Positions 46,752-55,572 of a stretch of 64,000 bases of DNA are shown piece after piece. Under the pieces are notes generated by a model. It saw only the letters and a program-made list of their open reading frames with translations. It had not been told where the DNA came from and ran no database searches. The stretch's first letter is position 1, and every line of letters starts with the position of its first letter. This stretch comes from an uncultured Christensenella sp. (GTDB taxonomy: Bacteria > Bacillota > Clostridia > Christensenellales > UBA1242): NCBI GenBank assembly GCA_949292875.1, contig CASFBJ010000020.1:81044-145043 (forward strand), in the 5' to 3' direction. Both the position numbers and the translations under genes were made by a program.

Positions 46752-49346
46752 ATGAAATATTCACCAATGATGACGCATTACTTAAATTTGAAAGAGAAAT
46801 ATAAAGATACTATCCTTTTGTATAGGCTAGGAGATTTTTATGAATGCTTTTTTGAAGATGCGGAACTTGTTTCAAAAGCTATAGAAATAATTTTAACATC
46901 AAAAAATTGCGGAAATGGTCAAAAGGCTCCTATGTGTGGCGTACCAGCTCATGCTATAGATTCTTATTTGTCAAAACTAGTACAAAGAGGTTATAAAGTT
47001 GCTATTTGTGAACAATTGTCTGAACCGGTAAAAGGGCAAATTGTAGAAAGAGATGTTATAAGAGTAGTAACAGCCGGTACTGTTATAGAGGAAGACATTT
47101 TGACGGGTACAAATAGTAATTACCTTGCTTGCGTATACATAGACAATAAAGGCGGAGCTATTTCTTATCTTGAGTTAAGTACAGGCGAATTTTATGCTAT
47201 AGATATTTCAGGAGAAAATATTACTCAAAGATTGAACGACGAACTTGTTAGAATAAGTCCTGCAGAAATTATTTGCAATGAAAAAGCCTACAAAATAGGC
47301 ACTACGCTTGCTATTTCATCAACAGGTATAATATCAAAATTTGAAAAATATGAAGAGTGGTCTTTTGATGAATATAATGCAGAAGAAATGATAAAAAAAT
47401 TTTTTAATATATTAAACATAGACACATTGGAGATAAGTAAATCTAGATTTGTTGTACAAGCTTGTGGCGCAATTCTAGAATATTGTAATCAAACTCAAAA
47501 AAGAGAGTTAAGTCATATAAAATTTCCAAAACAGATAAAAGATGGTAACTATATGTATCTTGATGCAAATAGTTTAAGAAACTTGGAACTAACAAGCAGA
47601 ATGCGTGATGGTAAAAGGCAAGGTACACTTTATAATGTATTAGATTACACTAAGACAAATGGTGGTGCCAGGTTATTAAAAAGTGTGATAGAACAACCGC
47701 TTCAAGATGCAAATAAAATAAACGAAAGATTAGATGCTGTTGAAGAATTAGTAAAAAATTCCGCTATAAGATTAAGTATACTTTCTACTTTAGATAACTT
47801 TGCAGATATATCAAGAATATGTAGTAGATTAGTATATGGAAGCATTACTCCTAAAGATTGTTTAGCACTTAAGGAAAGTTTTAAAAAAGTACCTGATTTA
47901 AAAAACTTGCTTTCAAAATGCAAAAGCAAATTATTGTGTGCGGTTAATAATAAGATGCAAGATGTGTCTGCTTTAGCGAATCTTCTTGAACAAACTATAA
48001 ATAATGAACCGCCATCTAATATGAAAAATGGTAATTACATTAAAAAGGGATACAACAAAACTTTAGATGAGTATAGAGATATCAAAGAGCATGGAACAAA
48101 ATGGATAACTAATCTACAAAGAATAGAACAAGAGCAAACAGGAATAAAGACTTTAAAAATAAAGTTTAATAAGGTTTTTGGTTATTTTATTGAAATACCA
48201 ACAAGTATGGCTGAAAAAGTGCCTTTAAGATATGTGAGAAAGCAAACAATTTCAAACAATGAACGCTATATAACTGAAGAATTAAAAGAAATAGAAGACA
48301 AAATACTCAATAGCGAAGAAAAAAGTTTGCTTTTAGAAAATGAGATATATAATTATGTTAGAGAACAATTAAAAAATAATCTTGTCACTATTCAAGATTT
48401 AGGCAGTGCTGTAGCAGAATTAGATGTGTATAGTTCTTTTGCTGTAACTAGTGAAAAAAATAGCTATGTTAAACCAAATATCAATACAGAAAATAAAAAC
48501 TTAATCATAAAAGGTTGCAGGCATCCTGTAGTAGAGCAAATACTAAAAGATAATGTTTTTGTTCCAAATGATGTCAATTTAAATAATGACGATGAAAGAA
48601 TAATGATTATTACTGGTCCAAATATGGCAGGGAAAAGTACCTATATGAGAGAGATTGCAATAAGTGTGATTATGGCGCATATAGGTTGTTTTGTACCTGC
48701 TATTGAAGCGAGTATTCCAATAACAGACAGGATATTTACTAGAGTGGGAGCAAGTGATGACTTGTCTTTTGGTCAAAGTACATTTATGGTTGAAATGGTA
48801 GAAGTGGCAAATATACTTAATAACGCTACTGAAAAGTCTTTACTTATTCTTGATGAGGTAGGTAGAGGAACATCAACATACGATGGTCTAAGCATTGCTT
48901 GGTCTATAATGGAATATTTATCGCAAAAACTCAAAGCAAAAACACTTTTTGCTACGCATTATTTTGAACTAACAGAATTAGAAGGCATGCTTGAAGGCGT
49001 AAAAAATTATAGAATATCTGTAAAAGAATACAATGATACTATTATCTTTTTAAGGAAAATAGTTAGAGGTGGAGCAAATAAGAGTTTTGGGATAGAAGTA
49101 GCAAAGCTTGCGGGTGTTCCTAAAGTTGTTACTGACAGAGCAAAAGAAATACTTCGTAAGTTGGAGACTGCGGATAGTAAAAACCTAAATGAAATTAATA
49201 ATATTCAATTGCAAACTGACAAAGCTCAAAGTAAAGACAATGAAATTTTAATTGAAGAATTAATGTCTGTAGATACTGACAATATAACGCCAATGATGGC
49301 TTTAGAGATTTTGAATAATTTGAAAGATAGAGTAAAGAAGGGGTAG
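46752..49346 (+). CDS. mutS: DNA mismatch repair protein MutS
   Basis: TPMM.HY..LK, GDFYE.F, Walker A GPNMAGKST, DEVGRGTSTYDG. Confidence 0.96.
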   Translation: MKYSPMMTHYLNLKEKYKDTILLYRLGDFYECFFEDAELVSKAIEIILTSKNCGNGQKAPMCGVPAHAIDSYLSKLVQRGYKVAICEQLSEPVKGQIVERDVIRVVTAGTVIEEDILTGTNSNYLACVYIDNKGGAISYLELSTGEFYAIDISGENITQRLNDELVRISPAEIICNEKAYKIGTTLAISSTGIISKFEKYEEWSFDEYNAEEMIKKFFNILNIDTLEISKSRFVVQACGAILEYCNQTQKRELSHIKFPKQIKDGNYMYLDANSLRNLELTSRMRDGKRQGTLYNVLDYTKTNGGARLLKSVIEQPLQDANKINERLDAVEELVKNSAIRLSILSTLDNFADISRICSRLVYGSITPKDCLALKESFKKVPDLKNLLSKCKSKLLCAVNNKMQDVSALANLLEQTINNEPPSNMKNGNYIKKGYNKTLDEYRDIKEHGTKWITNLQRIEQEQTGIKTLKIKFNKVFGYFIEIPTSMAEKVPLRYVRKQTISNNERYITEELKEIEDKILNSEEKSLLLENEIYNYVREQLKNNLVTIQDLGSAVAELDVYSSFAVTSEKNSYVKPNINTENKNLIIKGCRHPVVEQILKDNVFVPNDVNLNNDDERIMIITGPNMAGKSTYMREIAISVIMAHIGCFVPAIEASIPITDRIFTRVGASDDLSFGQSTFMVEMVEVANILNNATEKSLLILDEVGRGTSTYDGLSIAWSIMEYLSQKLKAKTLFATHYFELTELEGMLEGVKNYRISVKEYNDTIIFLRKIVRGGANKSFGIEVAKLAGVPKVVTDRAKEILRKLETADSKNLNEINNIQLQTDKAQSKDNEILIEELMSVDTDNITPMMALEILNNLKDRVKKG

Positions 49347-49347
49347 T

Positions 49348-51285
49348 ATGGCTAAAATAAATGTATTAACTAGTGATGTATACAATCTTATTTCTGCGGG
49401 CGAGGTCGTAGTAAACCCTGCAGGTGTAGTTAAAGAACTTGTTGAAAATAGTATTGATGCTGGCGCTACAAAAATTATGATAGATATAGTTCAAGGCGGT
49501 ATTAGCAAAATAAAAGTTGTAGATAATGGTGGCGGTATAGAAAGCGAAGATGTGGAAAATGCCTTTAAGCAACATGCTACAAGTAAGATTTGTACAAAAG
49601 AAGACATATATAAAATAAGTACTCTTGGGTTTCGTGGAGAAGCGCTTGCAAGTATTGCTCTTGTTTCAAATGTGCAAATGCTTACAAAAACAGAGCAACA
49701 AGATATAGGTACATTTATAGAGTTGCAAGGTGGGGAAGTTGTAAGAAAAGAAGTAGCACCTTGTAATACTGGTACTAGCATTACTGTGAGTAAGCTTTTT
49801 TATAATACTCCTGCAAGGTTTAAGTTTTTAAAGACACCACTGCTTGAACAAAGAGAAATATACAAACTTGTCAGCATATTCATATTGTCTCATCCAGAAA
49901 TAGAATTTACTTTAGTTGCAGATGGAAATGTAAAACTTAATAATCAAAAAGGCGATTTGCAAACAGGTATTCTTACAGTTTATGGAGAAGAGTTCGCAGA
50001 CAATTTGATAATTATAAATGAAAAGTTTGAAGATTTTAGATTAGAAGGTGCAATAAGTTTACCATATATAGCGAAACCAAATCATAGTTGGCAAACTACA
50101 TTTGTAAACAATAGAAGTGTTGAAAATGATGTTATAGGTTCAGCAGTAAATGGCGCTTATGTAGATTTTTTGATGAAAGGTAAATATCCTTGTTTTGTTT
50201 TAAATCTTAGTCTTCCATATGATGAAGTAGATGTAAATATTTCTCCTCAAAAAACTGTGGTAAAATTTAACGATTCAGATAAACTTTATAGATGGATATA
50301 TGTAACAATAAAAGATAAACTTGCCGATATGTCAAAGGTGGAAGAAGATCAAGATAGATTAAGTGAAAAAGAAGAAAATTTTTCTATAAAAAATCCATTA
50401 AATTATATTAAAACATCATTTTTGAAAGAAGATAGCGATAGATTAGAAGAAAAAAAAGATGGCGTTTCAATAGGCTATATGTTTTCTGATAATTCAAAAT
50501 ACATAAGCAAAATGGTTAAAGATGATGATAAAATACAAAATGCAGATATTATAAGCAAAACGAATATAGTTATTCCTGATTTTAAATCTGATTTAGAAAA
50601 TGATGATGTCGCAACAAAATTGAATTCAACATCTGATATAATGGCAAAAGTTTTAGACTATGGTAAAGAAACAGAAAATGTTGCTCACTCATATGAACAA
50701 TCATCTTTTTTAAGTAATGCTTATAAAATTTTAGGAGTAGTTTTTAGCACTTACATTATAGTGGAGCAAGATGAAAGCCTTTATTTAATAGACCAACATG
50801 CAGCGCACGAAAGATTTTTGTTTGATAAATTAATAGATGAGATACAAAAAGGAGAAATTGTTACTCAACAACTTTTAGTTCCATATAAAATAAGCGTAAA
50901 TGCTGAAGAAAAAGATTTCATTTTAGATAATGCAAATTCTTTGCAAGAGCTAGGAGTAGAAGTACAAGATTTTGGATTAAATTCATTAATAATCACTCAA
51001 GTTCCAAGTTTGCTTGTAGATATAGATTTGTCTAGTTTTATAACGGAAATTTTGTCAGATTTGCAGTCTTTTAGTAGAGATAAGGTTGTTTTAAGACATA
51101 AGATTGCTACTAAAGCTTGTAAATCTGCTGTCAAAGCAGGTGATACTCTAACTAATGAAGAAATAGAAAAGTTACTAGATATGGTTAAAGAATCAAATAG
51201 CCCTTTGCTTTGTCCACATGGTAGGCCTTATGTAGTAAAAATAACAAAATCACAAGTAGAAAAGTGGTTCAAGAGGGTTCTGTAA
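49348..51285 (+). CDS. mutL: DNA mismatch repair protein MutL
   Basis: ISAGEVVVNPAGVVKELVENSIDAGA, FRGEAL, and C-terminal DQHAAHERFLF. Confidence 0.96.
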   Translation: MAKINVLTSDVYNLISAGEVVVNPAGVVKELVENSIDAGATKIMIDIVQGGISKIKVVDNGGGIESEDVENAFKQHATSKICTKEDIYKISTLGFRGEALASIALVSNVQMLTKTEQQDIGTFIELQGGEVVRKEVAPCNTGTSITVSKLFYNTPARFKFLKTPLLEQREIYKLVSIFILSHPEIEFTLVADGNVKLNNQKGDLQTGILTVYGEEFADNLIIINEKFEDFRLEGAISLPYIAKPNHSWQTTFVNNRSVENDVIGSAVNGAYVDFLMKGKYPCFVLNLSLPYDEVDVNISPQKTVVKFNDSDKLYRWIYVTIKDKLADMSKVEEDQDRLSEKEENFSIKNPLNYIKTSFLKEDSDRLEEKKDGVSIGYMFSDNSKYISKMVKDDDKIQNADIISKTNIVIPDFKSDLENDDVATKLNSTSDIMAKVLDYGKETENVAHSYEQSSFLSNAYKILGVVFSTYIIVEQDESLYLIDQHAAHERFLFDKLIDEIQKGEIVTQQLLVPYKISVNAEEKDFILDNANSLQELGVEVQDFGLNSLIITQVPSLLVDIDLSSFITEILSDLQSFSRDKVVLRHKIATKACKSAVKAGDTLTNEEIEKLLDMVKESNSPLLCPHGRPYVVKITKSQVEKWFKRVL

Positions 51286-52196
51286 TGAAACAAAAGTTAC
51301 TTATAATTGCAGGACCTACTGGTGTAGGAAAATCTAGTATATCTATTGAACTTGCTAAAATATTTGGTGGTGAAATAGTGTCTTGTGACAGTATGCAAAT
51401 TTATAAAGATTGTAATATAGGTACTGCAAAAATAATGCAAGAAGAAATGCAGGGTATACCTCACCATATGATAGATATTGTACAATCAAATAGTGAATTT
51501 AGTGTAAGTGAATATAAAGATATGGCAGAGAAAATAATTCACGATATTTTTCTTAGGCAACATATACCTATTTTAGTAGGCGGTACAGGATTATATATTC
51601 AAAGCTTACTTTATGGTTACAAATTTTGCAATGTTTCTAAAAATAATGAAGTTAGAAAAAAATACGAATTATATTTAGAAAAACATGGTAAAGAAGCCTT
51701 GTATAACCTTTTGAAAGATAAAAATAAAGAAAGAGCGAAAGAATTGCATATCAATGACACTAAAAGAGTAATACGAGCACTTGAAATAAGTGAATTGCAA
51801 AATGGAAATAATATAGAAAATTCGGTTGTTGAAAGTAAATACGATTTCTATTTTTGTGTTCTTAATAAAGATAGGGAAATGCTTTATCATGATATAAATA
51901 ATAGAGTGGACGAAATGATAAAAAATGACCTTGAAGGTGAAGTACGCAATCTTTTAGCAAATGGTACAAACTTTGAATGCCAATGTATGCAGAGTATAGG
52001 GTATAAGGAGTGGCAACCTTATTTTAAAAATGAATGTTCAAAAGAAGAAGTAATAGAGAAGATAAAACAAAATACAAGAAAGTATGCTAAAAGACAAATA
52101 ACATGGTTCAAACATAGAGAAAAAGTTCATTTTTATGAAATGCCTAATGACAAAAATAAAATAATCAAAGACATAAAGGACTGGTTAGAAAAATGA
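51285..52196 (+). CDS. miaA: tRNA dimethylallyltransferase MiaA
   Basis: LLIIAGPTGVGKS...VSCDSMQIYK..NIGTAK. TAATG overlap with the mutL stop. Confidence 0.94.
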   Translation: MKQKLLIIAGPTGVGKSSISIELAKIFGGEIVSCDSMQIYKDCNIGTAKIMQEEMQGIPHHMIDIVQSNSEFSVSEYKDMAEKIIHDIFLRQHIPILVGGTGLYIQSLLYGYKFCNVSKNNEVRKKYELYLEKHGKEALYNLLKDKNKERAKELHINDTKRVIRALEISELQNGNNIENSVVESKYDFYFCVLNKDREMLYHDINNRVDEMIKNDLEGEVRNLLANGTNFECQCMQSIGYKEWQPYFKNECSKEEVIEKIKQNTRKYAKRQITWFKHREKVHFYEMPNDKNKIIKDIKDWLEK

Positions 52197-53422
52197 TAGG
52201 AATAGATGAATTTATAAAAGAATGTGAAAAAGAGATAATGCCTATATATGAAAAAATAGACGATATTTCATTAAAAAATCAAGAAAAAGTTTTAAAAATA
52301 TTTAATGAAAATAGAATAAGTGCAAGACATTTTGCTAGCACAAATGGATATGGCTATGATGATATTGGTAGAGATACACTTAATAAAGTTTTTGCAGATA
52401 TTTTCCATACTGAAAGTGCTATAGTTTCGCCAAACATAACTTGTGGCTCTCATGCTTTAGCACTTGCACTACTTGGACTTCTAAATAAAAAAGGTATGAG
52501 TATGCTTTCAATAACTGGAAAACCATATGATACACTTGATGATGTTATTTTTGGCACAAAAGAAGATGATTATTCTAGTTTTAAAGCAATAGGAGTAGAA
52601 TACAATCAAATAGACCTTAAAGATGGATATTTTGATGAAGAAAAGATTTTTGAATTTTTAGAAAAAAATGTTCCTACGCTTATATTTTTACAAAGAAGTA
52701 GGGGGTATGCTTGGCGAAATGCTTTGTGTATAAATGATATTAAATATATTATTGAAAAAATAAGAAAGATTAATACAAAATCAATAATTATGGTAGACAA
52801 TTGTTATGGAGAGTTTACAGATATATATGAACCAACAGAAGTAGGAGCAGATATAACTGCAGGTTCTCTTATAAAAAATTTAGGTGGCGGTTTAGCTCCA
52901 ACAGGTGGCTATATATGCGGAAAAGAAGATTTAATTAAAAAGATATCTTATCGTTACACATCTCCTTCTTTGGGTCTTGAAGTTGGTTCTTATGCAGGGT
53001 CTTATCAACCTTTTTATCAAGGCTTGTTTATGGCTGCGCATACGGTTGCTCAAGCAATGAAGGGAAGTGCGCTTATGTCTTGTGCTATGCGTAAACTAGG
53101 CTATAAAGTTTTGCCTATAAAAGACCAAGTTCCTAGAGATATAGTTACAAGCATAGAATTAAATGATAAAGATTTACTTATTAAGTTGTGCCAAATCATA
53201 CAAGAAGCATCTCCTATAGATAGTTTCGTAGTTCCTGAACCTTGGGATATGCCAGGTTATAACGACCCTATAATTATGAGTGCTGGTACATTTGTACAAG
53301 GAGCGACATTAGAATTTTCTAGTGATGCGCCTATTCGTGCTCCATATATTTTATATGTACAAGGTGGACTAACTTTAGAGCATGTAAAATATGGATTAAA
53401 AAAATGCTTGGAGCTCTTGTAA
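52193..53422 (+). CDS. YnbB / aluminium-resistance family PLP-dependent (Met-gamma-lyase-like) protein
   Basis: ISARHFASTNGYGYDDIGRDTL..., and an ATGA overlap with miaA. Confidence 0.8.
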   Translation: MIGIDEFIKECEKEIMPIYEKIDDISLKNQEKVLKIFNENRISARHFASTNGYGYDDIGRDTLNKVFADIFHTESAIVSPNITCGSHALALALLGLLNKKGMSMLSITGKPYDTLDDVIFGTKEDDYSSFKAIGVEYNQIDLKDGYFDEEKIFEFLEKNVPTLIFLQRSRGYAWRNALCINDIKYIIEKIRKINTKSIIMVDNCYGEFTDIYEPTEVGADITAGSLIKNLGGGLAPTGGYICGKEDLIKKISYRYTSPSLGLEVGSYAGSYQPFYQGLFMAAHTVAQAMKGSALMSCAMRKLGYKVLPIKDQVPRDIVTSIELNDKDLLIKLCQIIQEASPIDSFVVPEPWDMPGYNDPIIMSAGTFVQGATLEFSSDAPIRAPYILYVQGGLTLEHVKYGLKKCLELL

Positions 53423-53445
53423 CATCTAATTAAATGAGTATATAT

Positions 53446-53480
53446 AAGTAGTATAGTAATTATATGCTACTTATTTTTTT
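53446..53480 (+). terminator. intrinsic terminator after ynbB-like gene
   Basis: AAGTAGTA-11 nt-TGCTACTT (one G-U pair) followed by ATTTTTTT. Confidence 0.5.
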
Positions 53481-53539
53481 CACATTTTTTTCATTTCAAA
53501 AATATAATAGGATAAAATTAAAAATTTTTCATAAAATAG

Positions 53540-53568
53540 TTGACAAAAAACAATTTGTATAGTATTAT
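53540..53568 (+). promoter_or_regulatory. promoter of tRNA cluster (TTGACA-17-TATTAT)
   Basis: TTGACA at 53540-53545 and TATTAT at 53563-53568. Confidence 0.65.
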
Positions 53569-53592
53569 AATTAAGTCTACACTAAGGTATAT

Positions 53593-53668
53593 CGGGGTGT
53601 GGCGCAAGTGGTAGCGCACATGGTTTGGGACCATGGTGTTGGGAGTTCGAGTCTCTTCACCCCGACCA
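53593..53668 (+). tRNA. tRNA-Pro (anticodon TGG), CCA encoded
   Basis: Cloverleaf built by hand: acceptor CGGGGTG/CACCCCG, anticodon loop TTTGGGA, TTCGAGT T-loop. Confidence 0.9.
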
Positions 53669-53697
53669 TATATTCACTTGCGAGTATATGCAACTGA

Positions 53698-53774
53698 GGG
53701 CCTTTAGCTCAGTTGGTTAGAGCAACCGGCTCATAACCGGTTGGTCCGGGGTTCAAGTCCCTGAAGGCCCACCA
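53698..53774 (+). tRNA. tRNA with CAT anticodon (elongator Met or lysidine-dependent Ile2), CCA encoded
   Basis: Acceptor GGGCCTT/AAGGCCC and anticodon loop CTCATAA. The body resembles Firmicute tRNA-Ile2(CAU) as I recall it. Confidence 0.88.
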
Positions 53775-53800
53775 TTTTTTTTAGTATTTATACAATATTT

Positions 53801-53877
53801 GGCCCGGTAGCTCAGTTGGTTAGAGCGCCAGCCTGTCACGCTGGAGGTCGAGGGTTCGACCCCCTTCCGGGTCGCCA
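53801..53877 (+). tRNA. tRNA-Asp (GTC), CCA encoded
   Basis: Anticodon loop CTGTCAC and T-loop TTCGACC. Confidence 0.9.
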
Positions 53878-53898
53878 TTTTGTATAAATACTTTAAAT

Positions 53899-53974
53899 GC
53901 CTCGATAGCTCAGTCGGTAGAGCAAAGGACTGAAAATCCTTGTGTCGGTAGTTCGATTCTACCTCGAGGCACCA
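53899..53974 (+). tRNA. tRNA-Phe (GAA), CCA encoded
   Basis: Acceptor GCCTCGA/TCGAGGC and anticodon loop CTGAAAA. Confidence 0.92.
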
Positions 53975-53983
53975 TATTTCCTT

Positions 53984-54059
53984 GCTGGTGTAGCTCAATT
54001 GGCAGAGCAGCTGACTTGTAATCAGCAGGTTGAGGGTTCAAGTCCTTTCACCAGCTCCA
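53984..54059 (+). tRNA. tRNA-Thr (TGT), CCA encoded
   Basis: Acceptor GCTGGTG/CACCAGC and anticodon loop CTTGTAA. Confidence 0.9.
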
Positions 54060-54062
54060 TGC

Positions 54063-54147
54063 GGAAGTGTTCCAGAGTGGCCAAATGGGGCAGACTGTAA
54101 ATCTGTTGTCGCTGACTTCGGTGGTTCGAATCCGCCCACTTCCACCA
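54063..54147 (+). tRNA. tRNA-Tyr (GTA), class II with long variable arm, CCA encoded
   Basis: Acceptor GGAAGTG/CACTTCC, anticodon loop CTGTAAA, 85 nt. Confidence 0.88.
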
Positions 54148-54153
54148 AAAAAT

Positions 54154-54182
54154 GCACAATGCATTTGCATTGTGCTTTTTTG
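54154..54182 (+). terminator. intrinsic terminator of tRNA cluster
   Basis: GCACAATGC-ATTT-GCATTGTGC followed by TTTTTT. Confidence 0.85.
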
Positions 54183-54298
54183 TTGCTATTTTTATAAAAT
54201 ATTTTAATATTTCGTTTAATAAATTTTTTTGTCTTTTGCTTGTTTAAAATTTTATTTTAATATATAATTAAAAGAGTAAGAAAGAAAAGGAATGAAAT

Positions 54299-55456
54299 AT
54301 GAAAAAAAGAGTATTAGTAAGTTTTATAGAAGCTGGTCAGGGGCACTTAATGACTGCACAAGCTATTTGTGAACAATTAGAAAATAATTATAAAGATGAA
54401 ATTGAAGTAATTAGGTTACCGTATAAAAGTAGCGGAGTTAAAGAATTAATTGACTTTGAAAATTTTTGTATAGGCGAAGTGTTTAAAGCAAATAAGCATA
54501 AGTCAAGATTATTTTCACAAATGATTTTAATGCATATTATTGGACAAAAAAATACATTAAAATTGTCTTATAATGTAAAGTTTAAAAAGTTTAAAGAAAA
54601 AGTAGTTGAGGTTTATAAAAGTTATGAGCCTGATTTGATATTAACTACATATTATGGTGATTTGCACTGTGCTTTGTGTGGTAAAGAAAAAGGAAAATTA
54701 GATTCTATAATCACAGCATATAATCCAGATCATAACACTCATGGTTGGTGGGATAATAGAGTAGAAATGTTCTTTTGTAATAACGATATGGCGGTAAAAG
54801 AAGCAATAGAGAAATCTAAAATGCCAAAAGAAAATGTATATAAAGTAAATTTTATGAGTAGAGAAAGTCTTAAAGACATAACAGAAAGTAAAGAATATTA
54901 TAGAGAAAAGCACGGTATTCCAAAAGATAAATTTGCGGTTATATTAGCTGATGGAGCTTATGGAATGGCGAGTATGGAAAAATTTACTGATGAACTTTTA
55001 AAGACTGATTATCCTATAACTCTTATTCCTGTTTGTGGCAAGAATGAAAAATTGTATGAAAAATATATCAATTTAAAAAATATTAAAAGTAATATAACTC
55101 TATTACCGCAAAAGTTTATACCATATATATCCGAATTATATAAAGCAAGTGATTTATTTGTAACAAAAGCTGGACCAAATGCAATTACTGATTGCGTATT
55201 TATGCATACGCCTATAATGACAAATTTTTATACAGGACCTATAGAAAAAGCGTCAAACAAACTTTTTACTGAAGTGTATAAAACGGGAACATATTGTCCA
55301 AATGAAAAAGATGCTAGATTAATGATAGAGAAATATATTCAAAATCCTGAACTTTTAGTGCCTTATATTGAAAATACTAAGCAATTTGATGTAAATATAA
55401 ATGGCGCTAAAGAAGTAGCAGATTTAATAGCGAAAAGACTTGGAGTAAATAAATAA
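54299..55456 (+). CDS. MGDG-synthase-like / UgtP-like glycolipid glycosyltransferase (GT28 family)
   Basis: N-terminus VLVSFIEAGQGHLMTAQAI; C-terminal ...LFVTKAGPNAITD... nucleotide-sugar binding pattern. Confidence 0.8.
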   Translation: MKKRVLVSFIEAGQGHLMTAQAICEQLENNYKDEIEVIRLPYKSSGVKELIDFENFCIGEVFKANKHKSRLFSQMILMHIIGQKNTLKLSYNVKFKKFKEKVVEVYKSYEPDLILTTYYGDLHCALCGKEKGKLDSIITAYNPDHNTHGWWDNRVEMFFCNNDMAVKEAIEKSKMPKENVYKVNFMSRESLKDITESKEYYREKHGIPKDKFAVILADGAYGMASMEKFTDELLKTDYPITLIPVCGKNEKLYEKYINLKNIKSNITLLPQKFIPYISELYKASDLFVTKAGPNAITDCVFMHTPIMTNFYTGPIEKASNKLFTEVYKTGTYCPNEKDARLMIEKYIQNPELLVPYIENTKQFDVNINGAKEVADLIAKRLGVNK

Positions 55457-55572
55457 AAAAGTTTATTCCATAAGAAATTATTCATCAATACCTTTCTATA
55501 TATTAAAATATATTTTGCACTTTTATACATTTTATGATATTCTTATACAAGGTTATATAAGGATATTTATAA

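Noticed and set aside
53753-53998. 81-aa minus-strand ORF in the track
   Set aside because: It lies entirely across four tRNA genes (CAT, Asp, Phe, Thr). It is an artefact of the GC-rich tRNA sequence being open in the antisense frame.
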